A stretch of 63,605 bases of DNA, filler included, from Chrysochromulina tobinii (Eukaryota), in NCBI GenBank assembly GCA_001275005.1. It is 4 parts of 4 records of this genome, joined end to end, with 100 filler letters (N's around TTAATTAATTAA, not from the genome) between each part and the next. Parts side by side here need not be neighbours in the genome. Positions count along the whole stretch, not along the records: positions 1 to 24,820 come from JWZX01001392.1; positions 24,921 to 42,188 come from JWZX01001393.1; 2 more parts are not named here. One strand, written 5' to 3'. Made by a program: the position numbers and the translations under genes. Of the stretch, positions 18,689-29,931 are shown one piece after another. Within the stretch, counting starts at the first letter, position 1, and every line of letters starts with the position of its first letter. Under the pieces are notes generated by a model, which was given only the letters and a program-made list of their open reading frames with translations, made no database searches and was not told where the DNA came from.

Positions 18689-19721
18689 ATGCTCGCGATG
18701 CCTGCAACCTGTGCGGCGGTGGCAAACGTGCGGGAGAATCTCGAGCTCGGCGGCTTCAGCTTTGAGAATACGCGCCGGTAAACAGGCCAGAACCCATGCC
18801 TCTGGCGGAGGCGATGCGCTGTCGGAATCATACGCTGCTGGCCTGTGCTGCCTGCGCTGTGGCACGGCCCGGAGCGGCCTGCGCTCCCTCGCGTCACACT
18901 CTGTGCGCACGCTCACGCGCCCTGCCTGTCGGCGCCCCGTGCTCGCTCGCAGTAACCAGGTGCTTGGTAGCCGCGGCATCGCTATCCCGCGGGCCAAGAA
19001 GACTGGCACGACCATTGTCGGTGTCATCTACGACGGCGGCGTGGTGCTCGGAGCGGACACGCGCGCGACAGAGGGCGACACCGTCGCCGATAAGTATTGC
19101 GAGAAGATCCACTACATTGCCGACAACATTTGGTGCTGCGGCGCGGGCACCTCTGCCGACACCGAGAACACCACGATGCTCATCTCGTCGCAGCTTGAGA
19201 TGCACCGCATGGCGACGGGCAAGCAGCCGCGCGTGGTGACCGCGTGCACGATGCTGAAGCGCATGCTCTTCCGGTACCAAGGCAACGTGAGCGCGGCGCT
19301 CGTGCTCGGCGGCATGGACTGCAACGGCCCGTCACTGTACACTGTGTATCCTCACGGCTCGACAGACAGCCTCCCGTACGTGACCATGGGCTCGGGCTCA
19401 CTGGCGGCGATGGCGGTCTTCGAGTCGGAGTTCAAGTCTAAGATGACACTCGAGGAGGCCAAGAAGCTCGTGCACGACGGCATCATGGCGGGCATCAACA
19501 ACGACCTCGGCTCCGGAGGCTCCGTCGACCTAATGGTCATCAACAAGGAGGGCTACACGCAGATGCGCGGCTACGCCCGGCCCAACGAGCGCAAGTCGAA
19601 GCGCGAGTACAACTTTCCGCGCGGCACGGCGACGGTGCTCGACAAGACGTTCACGCCCTCCATCGCGTCCCTACTCAAGTCCGGCGCGCTCACGGAGGTG
19701 ACGGCCATGGAGACCGCCTAA
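18689..19721 (+). CDS. PSMB7: 20S proteasome subunit beta-2 (PSMB7/PUP1), intron 18778-18952
   Basis: Spliced propeptide [14 protein letters not shown], then KTG-TTIVGV catalytic Thr, [26 protein letters not shown]. Confidence 0.95.
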
Positions 19722-19928
19722 GCGCCCCTGTGCACAAAGCGAGAGTGTTGTCTGGTGTGGTTCTCTCAGGCGCGGGAGAGTCTGGGGCGCGCTGCGGCCC
19801 CAGGTTACGTTCGGCGCGCTGTGTTGGTAAAGTTTGATCTCGGACGACGACATCCCTTCCTCCTCGCAAGGCCCAAGCGCGTGTGAAGTCCTTCTCGCGG
19901 GTGCCGGGGGAGGCCGCCCTTTGGTTGC

Positions 19929-21029
19929 ATGCCGATCGTAGACCGGCTTGATCCTGCCAATTCGGCGTCGCCGCTCAGCCCAACGCTGGCCGCAAGACGT
20001 ATGTCCCGAGAAGAGCACGTCCCTGACGTCCTCCCGCCCAAGTCGATTGCAGCCGAACTCTTTCTGATCTTCTTCTGCATCTTCTACCTCGGTACCAACT
20101 TTGTGATCTTCTACATCCCGTTCTGGCTCTACTTTGCATACCAAGGTTCACTCGTATGCCGCGCGCTCATCGCTCTGACGCTAGTCGATTACTGCGTGCC
20201 GCTGCGCACGGGAGATAAGGGGTTGTGGGTGTGGTGGTGCAAGCTGACGAGCTTTGCCAAGGGCTTCCGCTCATACTTTGACGCCGATCTGGTTGTCGAG
20301 GGCAAGTGGCGTCAGGACCGCAACTACCTGCTGATGTATCACCCGCACTCGCTCTTTGGCATCGCCTACACGCTGATCACGCGCTACATCTATGAGGTGC
20401 AGCTGCCCGGCTGCATGTTCCTCTTCACGGGCGCGGACGTGATTCAGTACCTGCCGCTGCTGCGGCGCATCATGGCCTGGTGGGGCTGCACGAGCGTCTC
20501 GGCGAAGGCGATGAAGAAGCACCTCGGGCTCAAGTTTCCGTTCAACGCGCTCATGCTGCAAGTGGGCGGCATCGCCGAGATGTTTTACGGCCTCGATCAG
20601 GAACAGATCATCCTCAAGAAACGATTGGGCTTCTGCAAGCTCGCCCTGCAGACGGGATGCTGCCTCGTGCCCTGCTACGTCTTCGGCGCGAATGAGATGT
20701 ACACGCGCCTCTTTGGGCCCGACTCGCTCCTCGCGGGCATCTCGAGCCGCATTCAAATGTCCCTCGTCGTATGGTACGGCCGTTGGGGCATCCCATTCGG
20801 CGTCGTGCCGCATCAAGTCAAGATGGTGATCGTGCTCGGGGAGCCCATCGAGGTGACGAAGGTCGACGAGCCCACGCCAGAGCAAGTACAGGAGCTGCAT
20901 GCCAAGTATGTCGTTGCCATCTGCGCACTCTTCGATCGGCATAAGCATCGGATGGGGGAAGAGTGGGTACAGAGGCGTGGCCGTAGGCTCTATCTCGAAG
21001 ATGAGATGTACAAGGATCATTTGGACTAG
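19929..21029 (+). CDS. Diacylglycerol/monoacylglycerol acyltransferase (DGAT2/DAGAT family)
   Basis: YHPHSLF, VGGIAEMF, RLGFCKLALQTG, LVPCYVFG, VLGEPI and N-terminal TM segments. Confidence 0.88.
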   Translation: MPIVDRLDPANSASPLSPTLAARRMSREEHVPDVLPPKSIAAELFLIFFCIFYLGTNFVIFYIPFWLYFAYQGSLVCRALIALTLVDYCVPLRTGDKGLWVWWCKLTSFAKGFRSYFDADLVVEGKWRQDRNYLLMYHPHSLFGIAYTLITRYIYEVQLPGCMFLFTGADVIQYLPLLRRIMAWWGCTSVSAKAMKKHLGLKFPFNALMLQVGGIAEMFYGLDQEQIILKKRLGFCKLALQTGCCLVPCYVFGANEMYTRLFGPDSLLAGISSRIQMSLVVWYGRWGIPFGVVPHQVKMVIVLGEPIEVTKVDEPTPEQVQELHAKYVVAICALFDRHKHRMGEEWVQRRGRRLYLEDEMYKDHLD

Positions 21030-21161
21030 CCCTACGAAGGCTCACACGGCGACTGTGAGGCTCACTTGGGCCATTCAGGTTTATCTCGAGGACAACAAGG
21101 ATGAGAAAAAGTCCAAACGATCGCGACTGCTCGGGCTCTCCTCAGACTCTCTTACTCTCCG

Positions 21162-22808
21162 ATGGTGGCTTACTTTGTAGCGCAAAGCGGGCCGCCCCCC
21201 GCCCCGTCCGTGCCGTACCCAGCCGATCATTGCAACACGGGTCAACACAAACCCTTTCACACAGTCTTTTCTGACCTGGCAATTCACAGGCACACTACCG
21301 GTACGATACTTCACACGAACAGGGAATGTGGAGAACGCAGGGCCGTGGGCATGAAGGTGCGCACCGACGTGGCCGTCGTCTACGTCGCGCGCGGCAACGC
21401 ATCGGTCGTACCAACGCTGAACGCCATCCAACAGGTGCGGGCATGGATGCGCGATCCTGGAGCGCTCCGATTCTTTTTGCTCGCCGGCGAGCGCTGCATT
21501 TCGGAGCTCGCCGGTCTGAAGTTGGCAACCGACGACGTCTCTGTGGTCGACGTCACAGACCGTACCTTGCGCCAGCAGTTTCAGATTCGGTCGCCGTTGG
21601 CATTTTCTTGGCTGCAGCGCACGGCGGCCCTGGGCGGCAAGCAGCACACATACACCGTACCGAAACTCTTCCTGCACGAGCTGCTACCGGCCGAGGTGTC
21701 GATTGCCATTATCCTCGATGCCGATATTGTCGCTCTCACGGATTTGATGCAGCTCGTCGACGAAGTCGAGGCCGTGGCCGAACGCGAGCCCGATGCAGCG
21801 CTCTTCTACGCGCCCGAGCAGCAGAACCTGTACCGGTGGCTGCTACGATGGAACTCGGAGCATCTAGTCAGCCAACGGAACGGCGTGAATGGAGGAGTCG
21901 GCGTGCTGCTCCTCCAACGGCTGCGCAGGTCGGTCCAGTATCGCACAGCGATGCAGCGGCTGCTTGTGGAGCTTGATGGCGTCCTCGTCGGAGGGAATCT
22001 AGAGCGCATGGGGTCCCTCCAACTCGGAGATCAGACGGTGCTCAGTGCCATGGCTATAGTTGCACCAGGAGCATGGTCACAGCTCATGCGCCAGCTGCCC
22101 AGTTGCGCGTGGAACTGGCAGACATGCGTCCATTTCTACAGAAGGCTGGACGAGTGCCCTCTGTTTGAAGGGAAGCACAACATGACGGCACTGGCCCAGA
22201 TCCGAGACAAGAACCTCAACTGCAGCCACCAGCCGCAGACGCTGCACGATGGCTCTTGCCACGAGCCGCCAAGGCTGTTACACTTCAATTGCCCCGCGGA
22301 CCTCAAGGCACTCACCTCCGGCCTTGATAGATTCAAGACCACCTTCGCCACGCTCGTCGCGAGCCCAGCCGGCCTGGATGCCTTCCGCGCACATCGGGCC
22401 GTGCAATTGCTCGATAGAGCTTTGAAGGCGCCCGAGGCGGCCGCCATGTGCCTTCATGCCGACCGTCGGCCCATAGGAAGCTGGGTCCGTGGTGGAATGG
22501 CCTCCTCAACGTTTTGCAATGCCAGCTTCCTGCTGACGCGGCTGCGCGAGACCGCCGCGAGGGCGCCGTCATGGGCGCCGTTTGAGCGGTGGGGCGACAC
22601 GACGGGCGCGGCGAATTCGTCTCGGACTGACGCGGGGATGCCCGACGATATGAAATACCGCCGTGCCCGAGGGAGGAGCGAAACACCCTCCCGATCCCCA
22701 GTGCACTGTCCACGGTCAAGTCTCCCGTGTACGCCGTCGGGGGCGACTGACATCTGGGAATGTGATATCGTAGGACATCGTGGGGTGATATCGTGGGCAT
22801 GTGTGTGA
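21162..22808 (+). CDS. Glycosyltransferase family 8 (LARGE/xylosyltransferase-like); start uncertain
   Basis: KLFLHELLP..IILDADIV (DxD), GVNGGVGVLLL, LGDQTVL, WNWQTC, LLHFNC. Confidence 0.8.
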   Translation: MVAYFVAQSGPPPAPSVPYPADHCNTGQHKPFHTVFSDLAIHRHTTGTILHTNRECGERRAVGMKVRTDVAVVYVARGNASVVPTLNAIQQVRAWMRDPGALRFFLLAGERCISELAGLKLATDDVSVVDVTDRTLRQQFQIRSPLAFSWLQRTAALGGKQHTYTVPKLFLHELLPAEVSIAIILDADIVALTDLMQLVDEVEAVAEREPDAALFYAPEQQNLYRWLLRWNSEHLVSQRNGVNGGVGVLLLQRLRRSVQYRTAMQRLLVELDGVLVGGNLERMGSLQLGDQTVLSAMAIVAPGAWSQLMRQLPSCAWNWQTCVHFYRRLDECPLFEGKHNMTALAQIRDKNLNCSHQPQTLHDGSCHEPPRLLHFNCPADLKALTSGLDRFKTTFATLVASPAGLDAFRAHRAVQLLDRALKAPEAAAMCLHADRRPIGSWVRGGMASSTFCNASFLLTRLRETAARAPSWAPFERWGDTTGAANSSRTDAGMPDDMKYRRARGRSETPSRSPVHCPRSSLPCTPSGATDIWECDIVGHRGVISWACV

Positions 22809-23270
22809 CGCTCTGATTCGTCATTGCCTTCCGAGATATGAGGAACGACTCGAGTGAAAGATCTCTCCTGGCGTGATTCTTACATGTAGTGTCTCAGCGA
22901 CAGAGTCGTTCGGTACGTTCCGCACAGCGGGTCATGTTGTGAGCTCACGTTTCGAGTCATTTTTCAAACGCCTGAGCACCGATAACCGGCTAATGCGGTC
23001 CTCCGTCCTGTTGACCTGTTGTCGACGCGGCCGGACGGGGACCGTCGGTCACAACACCGTCCATAGCGATAGAGGCCCTCGTGCTTCTTGCGCGTTGTGT
23101 TGAACAGCAACGCAGAAATGTTTCACAGCAGCGACGGTCCCAGAGTTATTTCGGAGTTCAGTTCTTTCGGAAACTCAAACTGCGTCGAAAAAAGTCAAAA
23201 CTTGCGAGTGCGGACGCGCCGCCCGGGGCCGGCCGCACGGCCACGACCGACACACTAGACTTGGCCGTCC

Positions 23271-24820
23271 ATGGTCTCCTGCGGCTGGCAGCATCGTCTG
23301 CACGGGCTGGCAAGTGTTCTCGCTTCCGCAGCAGCCGCCACAAGTCGAGATGAGCGGCTCAATAAGCATCATCGCGTCTGGGTCGTCACCTCGCTTGCAT
23401 GCCGACTCGCGGCTCGGCGCAGCTCGGCGGGCCGCCTTGGGTCCGCGCCTCGACTCGCCCGCATAATCTTCCTCGCCATGATGGTGGGCTTCACCAGCGC
23501 ACAGACCTGCACGGAGATGTGTAACTTTGCCTCCGATGGTGAATGCGACGATGGTGGACCCGGATCGGAGTGGAGCGACTGCACCCTCGGCACCGACTGC
23601 ACCGACTGCAGTCTTCGAGTGTCGCCGGTAAGGGCGGTGAGCAGCAGCACCGGATTGACCAGTGCACTCGCCAACACAGCCGTCGGCCGCATCGTCCTTG
23701 CCCCCGGCACCTACTCCCTGAGCGCCGAGCTCAGCATCACCAGGAGCGTCGTCCTCGAGGCGGCGGTGGGAGCCACGGTCGTGCTGAATGGACGAGTTGA
23801 GATCGATCCGGGCTCGTTCAGGGTCGTGCAACTGATCGGGCTCGGCTTCACGGGAGGCTGGCTCTCTGGAAGAGGCGGTGGTGTCCATGTCGCGTCCGGC
23901 ACAGTGACATTCGAGTCGTGCCTCATCTTTGGGAACGAAGCTGCCAATTATTTTGCGCTTCCCAATCCCTTTGGTTGGGGATGGGGAGGAGGAGATGGCG
24001 GTGGTGTCGCTGTCGTCGGTGGTGTAGTTGCATTCCGCAGCTGCTGGATCTACGGCAACACAGCTGGCTCGTGGGGCGGTGGCGTGTTTGTCGATGGTGG
24101 TACAGTCTCATTCTTGAGCTGTGTGATATCCTCCAACTCGGCTCCCACTGGGCCCAATCTCTATGTTGCCAGTGGCACCGTCTGCACCTGGGCAACGAAC
24201 CTCTCCGGCGTCTTCTCTTGCAATGATTGCGTCTCGGATTGCCCGGCGTCGATGCCCTCTCCCTTTCCGCCGCCACCATCGCCGCCACCCTCGCCCCCGC
24301 CGCCCTCGACTCCGTCATCGCCGCCGCCATCCTCGCCCCCGCCGCCCTCGCCACCCGACCTCACCATCGTCCCAAAAACCATCCTTGCCAACATCGCCGC
24401 CGCCATCACCTTTTTCGGCAACGCGGTGACTGATGGTGCCACCTGCGCCTTCTTTCCCTCGGGCAACGCCACGTGCGCGGGCGCCGCGGCCCGCCGGCTC
24501 CTCTCGACCGGCGGCGTTTTGCTCTCGGGTGGCCCTCCTCTTTCGCCGCCACCATCGCGACCTCCACCGCCTTCACCTTGTCCGCCCGAACCATCGCCAC
24601 CGCCACCAGCGCCACCAGCGCCACCATCGTCACCGCCACCGCCAGCTTCACCTCCGCCGCCTCCGGTTCCTCCACCTTCGCCGCCACCGTCGCCACAACC
24701 TTTACCGCCGCCACCCTTGCCACCACCCTTACCGCCGCCGCCCTCGTTGCCTCCCTCGCTTCCGCCGCCCTCGCCGCCGCCCTCGCCGCCGCCGCCCTCG
24801 CCGCCACCTCCCTCCCCGCC
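23271..24820 (+). CDS. Extracellular protein: Cys-rich motif, GGGV beta-helix-like repeats, Pro/Ser-rich tracts; truncated by gap
   Basis: CNFASDGECDDGGPG, GGGVHV/GGGVAV/GGGVFV with GNxA repeats, SPPPP tracts. Confidence 0.7.
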
Positions 24821-24920
24821 NNNNNNNNNNNNNNNNNNNNNNNNNNNNNNNNNNNNNNNNNNNNTTAATTAATTAANNNNNNNNNNNNNNNNNNNNNNNN
24901 NNNNNNNNNNNNNNNNNNNN
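24821..24920. other. Assembly linker (N-TTAATTAATTAA-N)
   Basis: 100-bp spacer carrying a six-frame stop sequence. Confidence 0.98.
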
Positions 24921-27324
24921 GCGGCAGCTCCTCGACGTCACGCAGGCCGTAGACCATCATCTTCTCGAGCCACCGCAGCTGTGCGTCGCGGGTGGGCGAT
25001 CGTCCGCCTCTGGTCGCGACGACGCTGCAGTCGCTGGCGTCGCTGCCAGACGAGAAGACGCCGCCGCGGGCAGCCCTGTGTGCAAGGCGCTCGTTCGTTT
25101 TGCACGCCCTCGAGTTGGGGCTCAGGGCTGCCCGCGGCGGCGTCTCCATGTCTGGCACCAACGGCAGCGAGGGCAGCGAGGGCAGCGAGGGCAGCGACGG
25201 CGCGAACACCGGCGGTCGGCTATGCTGCTCGCGACGCTTGCGCGGCGGCGGTGTCGGCACCACCACAGGCACGACCATCGTCTGGCGCCTCTGCCGCGGT
25301 GGCGGTGTCGGCTTGTGCACTGTTGCGCGGGGCACCACTTGCACTGCGGCCAGGGGCTCGTCTGCCATGGTGCCGAGCGCCGTGCCGAGCGGGAAGTCGT
25401 GGTGCAGCTCGGCCTCTCCGGAATGGCGCGAGAGCAGCTTGCGCCGTGTCGAGCGCCGTGCCATCTCCACGCGTGCCTTCACCCTTGTCATCGCCTCGGC
25501 GTCCTCTCGAGCGCCGTACTGGGCGTCGCCCTCGCCCGTCGAGAGCGCCGTACTGGGCGTCGCCCTCACCCGTCGGGACCGAGCGCCGTACTGGGCGTAC
25601 CCCTCGTCCGTCGGGATCGAGCGCGGCAGCGTGTGCGCACCCGTGCCCGTCGCCGCCGCGACGGGGATGACCGCCCTCACCCGACCAGGCAGGGCGAGCG
25701 CCATCTTGACCGCTGCCGCGGAGGTCGCCCCATCCGCACCCAGCGTGTCGCCTGCACGGGCGGCGAGGGCTGCAGCATTTGCCGCGGGCATCGCAACGGC
25801 ATGGGCCCAGTCACGGAGCCTCTGCAATGCCGGAGACAGCAGCGGCCCAGCTCCGGGGCTCTGGGTGCGAGCAGCAGGTGAGCTCTCGGCGCGAGAAGCA
25901 GGTGAGACGCATGCAGTGACGAAGCTCCAGTGTGACGAAGCTCCGGAGCCCTCGGCGCTAGAAGCAGGTGAGACGCAGGGCGAGGGCGTGGCGGCAGCAT
26001 GGGCCCAGCTTCGAAGCCGTTGCAGCGCCGGAGTCTCTGCAGCTGCAGCTGCGGAGCTTTCGCATTCGAACGTGCTTCCACAGGCGAGCGAGCTTCCACA
26101 GGCGAGCGGGCTGCCCGAGGCCGATACGCCGCCGACGCCGAGGCCGACGTGGGCGCACGTCGGCCTCGCTGGAGAGCCAAAAGGCGTGGGCATCTCGTCG
26201 CACGGGAAGGTCGTGAGCCGATGCATGCGTCGCATGGAGGGAAGGTCGTTACACCCAAGGTCGCGCGGGACGGTCATGAGCGCTGTCCTGAGCATGGACG
26301 GGCGCGCGTGAATGGCAGAGTTCTGAGCGCTGTCCTGAGTAAGAGTGACGGCTGGCAGCGTCAGAGCCTGGGGAGGCCGACTCCACCTGCCCCCACTCTC
26401 GGCCGGTATCGGCTCGGCCGACTCCAGCTCCGACTCTGCCCCTGCGGCCCTTTTCGCCAGAGCGTAGCTGCGACGAAGCAAGCGCCAGCCGAGGGCGCTC
26501 AAAGCCAGTGCAGTGGCACTGAGGACCAGCCCGAACGTAAGGTTGGTCCTCCTGGTTAGGTTGTCCTCCTCTTGATCAGGCGCACCGACGCCGCTCAGAG
26601 CACCCTGCGTCTCCACAGAGCTACCATTCGAGCTCAGCGTGAGGAGAGTCGGCGGCGATAGAGTCTCGACCACGTAGCCGTCGCCGAGTGCCGCCGAGAA
26701 GGACGTCTCATTGTACGCGCTGAGCAGCGTGCCGAGGCGCTGCCCCTGGGCCATGCTGTCGGTGGCGATGTTCACACCGATGAGGACGCTGGCGGCGCGA
26801 ATGTCGAGCGTGATCCTTGCAGGCGCGAGGCTCAGGCAGGCACCGAGCCGGTTGGTGAAGTTCGTGGCGTCGAATGTGTCAACGGTCCCTTGGAGCGTGA
26901 GGTCGAGGTGCACTGCGACGATTTGGTGCGGTGGCGCGGGAGGCTGAGGCTGAGGCTGATGCGGCCAGGGAGACTGAGGCGGCAAGGGAAGCAGAGTGAC
27001 TGCGGGAGGCGTGGAGGGAACGGGGGCGAACGGCATCGGTGGTGACGGAAGCGGAGGCGGAGGCGTACGGGGGCGGAGACGGAGGTGGAGGGTAGGCATC
27101 GCAGGCGGCGGTGCGTTCGGGTGAGGATACCGGGGCGGAGGCTGTGCCGGTGGAGGCCGGGGTGGGAACTCCACGGGTCTTACAGCCGTGAGACTTGACA
27201 AGGGAAGCAAAATGGGTGCTGGGGATGCAAGTTGTGGTGGCGACGGCGATGGTGGGGGTGGCAACGGAGGTGGAGGCGGCCAGCCATGGAACGCTGCTGC
27301 CGCGCTGATGAACTTGATCCACAT
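24921..27324 (-). CDS. Hypothetical Pro-rich single-pass membrane protein; truncated by gap
   Basis: Long ORF with Pro-rich N-terminus, a globular segment (LTLQGTVDTFD..IRAASV) and hydrophobic FGLVLSATALALSALGW. Confidence 0.6.
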
Positions 27325-27650
27325 CACGTGTGATTCCCAGCGAGGCTCCAGACGAAGCAGCTGTGCGGCAAAGGACGGTGTGGGCACACGGCAGGTGAAT
27401 GAAGCGCGCCGGTATCGGATAAGGGGACTAATTGCTTTGATTAAGAAGATGAAACTGCATGCAATTCGTGCATTTCGTGGGCCCATCGACAATTCTCCTC
27501 AACCGCCCACAAATGCGCAAGTCTCCGAGTCCGCGAAGAAAAACACGCGTGTGGCAGTGCGGGACTCAGTGCGCGCACACGCAACACGCGAGCGCGCATC
27601 GGAACAGTACACTTCAATATACGTTCACACTGACCTTCACCCCAAAAGGA

Positions 27651-28271
27651 TCAAGCTATTTTGGGCGGCTGCAGCCACGACGGCAGCTCAGGTGGCTTGG
27701 CGGTGCCCTCGCCATACACTCGCTCGCTTCCATCGGCCGGCACGAAGACGAGCGCTGCGCCGTCGATGCAATAGCGCTTCCCGCTCAAGAATGCGGCGGT
27801 GCCCGGGAACAAGAAGCCATCTGCAAACACGTCGCCCAGATGGCCGCCACACGTGGCGCACCGAACCTCGGCGCCGGCGAGGCCCTGCACAAGCGGGTTT
27901 GTATTCGTGACCTCCACTCCAGCCAGTGGCGTTGCAAACGAGGGCCAACCGGTGCCCGACTCGAATTTGGCCTGGCTGCTGAACAGAGGAGTATCGCAGC
28001 CCGCGCAGTGGAAATCTCCCGCGCGCTTTTCCTTGAGGAGCGGCGAGCTATTGGGCGGCTCAGTTCCGCCCTCGCGGAGAACAAAGTACTGCTGGCCGCT
28101 CAGCACGTACTGCCACTCGCGTTCTGAGCGTCGGACCTCGTAGCCATCACTCCTCGACCGGGCTGCGTGGGCAGCGGGTGCACAAGAGAGGGAGCCAACG
28201 GTGCCGATAGCGACGGCGCGTCGGCTCACCGCCGTGGCCGCTGTGACGAGTGCGAAGACGACGCCCGCCAT
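27651..28271 (-). CDS. msrB: Peptide methionine sulfoxide reductase MsrB, probably organelle-targeted
   Basis: QYFVLREGGTEPP, CAGC, KFESGTGWPSF, EVRCATCGGHLGDVFADG, RYCID. Confidence 0.9.
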   Translation of the reverse strand: MAGVVFALVTAATAVSRRAVAIGTVGSLSCAPAAHAARSRSDGYEVRRSEREWQYVLSGQQYFVLREGGTEPPNSSPLLKEKRAGDFHCAGCDTPLFSSQAKFESGTGWPSFATPLAGVEVTNTNPLVQGLAGAEVRCATCGGHLGDVFADGFLFPGTAAFLSGKRYCIDGAALVFVPADGSERVYGEGTAKPPELPSWLQPPKIA

Positions 28272-28952
28272 CGGAGAGAATCGCCGAGATTCGTATTTCG
28301 TCAGTTTTCCATACATTGTAGCTAAGAAAGTCGTGAACGGCATGGCGTTTCGGCCGCCGGTTTGAAAACATTGGGGGGAGCCGGGTTACACACGGTTGTC
28401 ATCCGTACTAGCCTGTGGTGGCGGATTGAAACCTTACGTCCATGTTCTGCATGCATGTTCTATGTGTTTTAGTAAGGGGTTCGGTCTGACCTGCCCCCTT
28501 AGTTTTAGATAGGCGAACGTGGTAGGCACGACATTCGAAGCAATTTCGCCCACGAAGCACAACTGATGGACAAGCGATGGTGGATATTGTTATTTGGGCG
28601 TTCAGAGACACCATTAGTCGTGAACGACTAGGCGTGCGAAGCCCTCGAGGCTAACGGCCACGACCTCGAGACGGCGGTGGAAATGATCCTCCGCTCCTCG
28701 TTAACCTCGACCTCGCGTGCTGAAGCTCCGCGCGTGTGCACACGGCATCGCTGTTACAACTAACTGTGTGCAACCGAAAGCGATCTTGTGACGTCGCCGA
28801 GACAGCGCGGGGGTGCGAGTTCCGGAGTTGCGTACGCGGGTAGTTGCTATGTTGGGTTGTTTTGAACTTTCGTGGAGCTCTAGCCCCTTTAATTATCGGT
28901 ACGGGTTTGATCTCGCAGAATACGAACACAAGACGAAGATCCTCCTCAGTCC

Positions 28953-29819
28953 TCACTGAGTCTCTGAGTCCGACTCACCGCCCTCCGCGCGCGCCTCGCG
29001 CAAATCCGCTGCAATGTGCTCGACCAGACGCTCGATCAAGGCGCCCCGTTTGCCCTGGCTGTCCAGGCCGTTGGCTTTGCAGATCACTCTCAGCTTGCTG
29101 ACGGAGCAGACGAGAAGCTCCGCCAGAACGGCCTGGAGCACCGCCCCATCATCCTGCTCCTCATCGTCCTCATCACCGTCGACCGCGCTCAAGGCTTGGC
29201 GCCTTTTGATGGCCTCTCGCCTCGCCACCATCTCCTCGAGCGACTCGTGAGTGCGCAACGGCGAGATGCTGCCAGATGCTGGGAGCTTCGGCACGTACTC
29301 GGCCACCCTAACCTGCGGATTGAAAGTCAAGCGTGGGGTGCGTGCAAGTGCGGTGGATCGCACCTCCGCCGCCTCCGCCGCTGCCTCTCGTCGGAGTTCC
29401 TCAACCCGGCGCTTCCGTCCTCGCTGGAGCTCGAGCCATTCCGCCTCCGTCCGCCTCTCCTCTGGCTCCTCGTCTTGGGTCCGCCGATTGGCATTCACGT
29501 ACGTGTAGCCTGTGAGATCCACGCCGCCGCTGCCTTTGGGACCCACGCATTCGACAGACATCTTAGTGCTCACGGTCAGCTGCAGCCTCAAATTCGGTAC
29601 TCGCTGCGAGAGAGTGCAGATCACAACTCCATTGCAGAAGAGTCGCACTTCAGACGGTGCCGTCGACGGCTGCAGAGGTGCGGCCAGAGTGACCAGCGTA
29701 ACAGCGAGCGTATCGCCCAATCTAAGGGATGATGCATCGAGCTCGCACGAAGTGTTCGCAGCGATGTGTTTACCAAAGAACCCGCGATGATGGACGCCGA
29801 GCCGGCCCGCGTGTCGCAT
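28953..29819 (-). CDS. Nucleoplasmin-like domain + C-terminal SAP domain protein
   Basis: FFGKHI..ICTL..VDLTGY (NPL-like) and SVSKLRVICKANGLDSQGKRGALIERL (SAP). Confidence 0.65.
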   Translation of the reverse strand: MRHAGRLGVHHRGFFGKHIAANTSCELDASSLRLGDTLAVTLVTLAAPLQPSTAPSEVRLFCNGVVICTLSQRVPNLRLQLTVSTKMSVECVGPKGSGGVDLTGYTYVNANRRTQDEEPEERRTEAEWLELQRGRKRRVEELRREAAAEAAEVRSTALARTPRLTFNPQVRVAEYVPKLPASGSISPLRTHESLEEMVARREAIKRRQALSAVDGDEDDEEQDDGAVLQAVLAELLVCSVSKLRVICKANGLDSQGKRGALIERLVEHIAADLREARAEGGESDSETQ

Positions 29820-29931
29820 CGGCCTTTCCCCGATGTGTGACGACGTCGCTCACACCGCGCTCACCTTCCCCTGTTTTGTTTTCACGGGAACGCGGACGAC
29901 GAAACTCTCCCGGCGCGAGGCCGAGGCTGAC

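Noticed and set aside
15926..22808. GH63-like, DGAT2 and GT8 genes as a glycolipid biosynthetic cluster
   Set aside because: The set is interrupted by a proteasome gene, and there is no evidence of shared pathway or regulation.
24821..24920. TTAATTAATTAA palindrome (also 42189-42288 and 61684-61783) as a piggyBac site or regulatory motif
   Set aside because: It is identical each time and embedded in N runs, so it is an artificial six-frame-stop contig linker.
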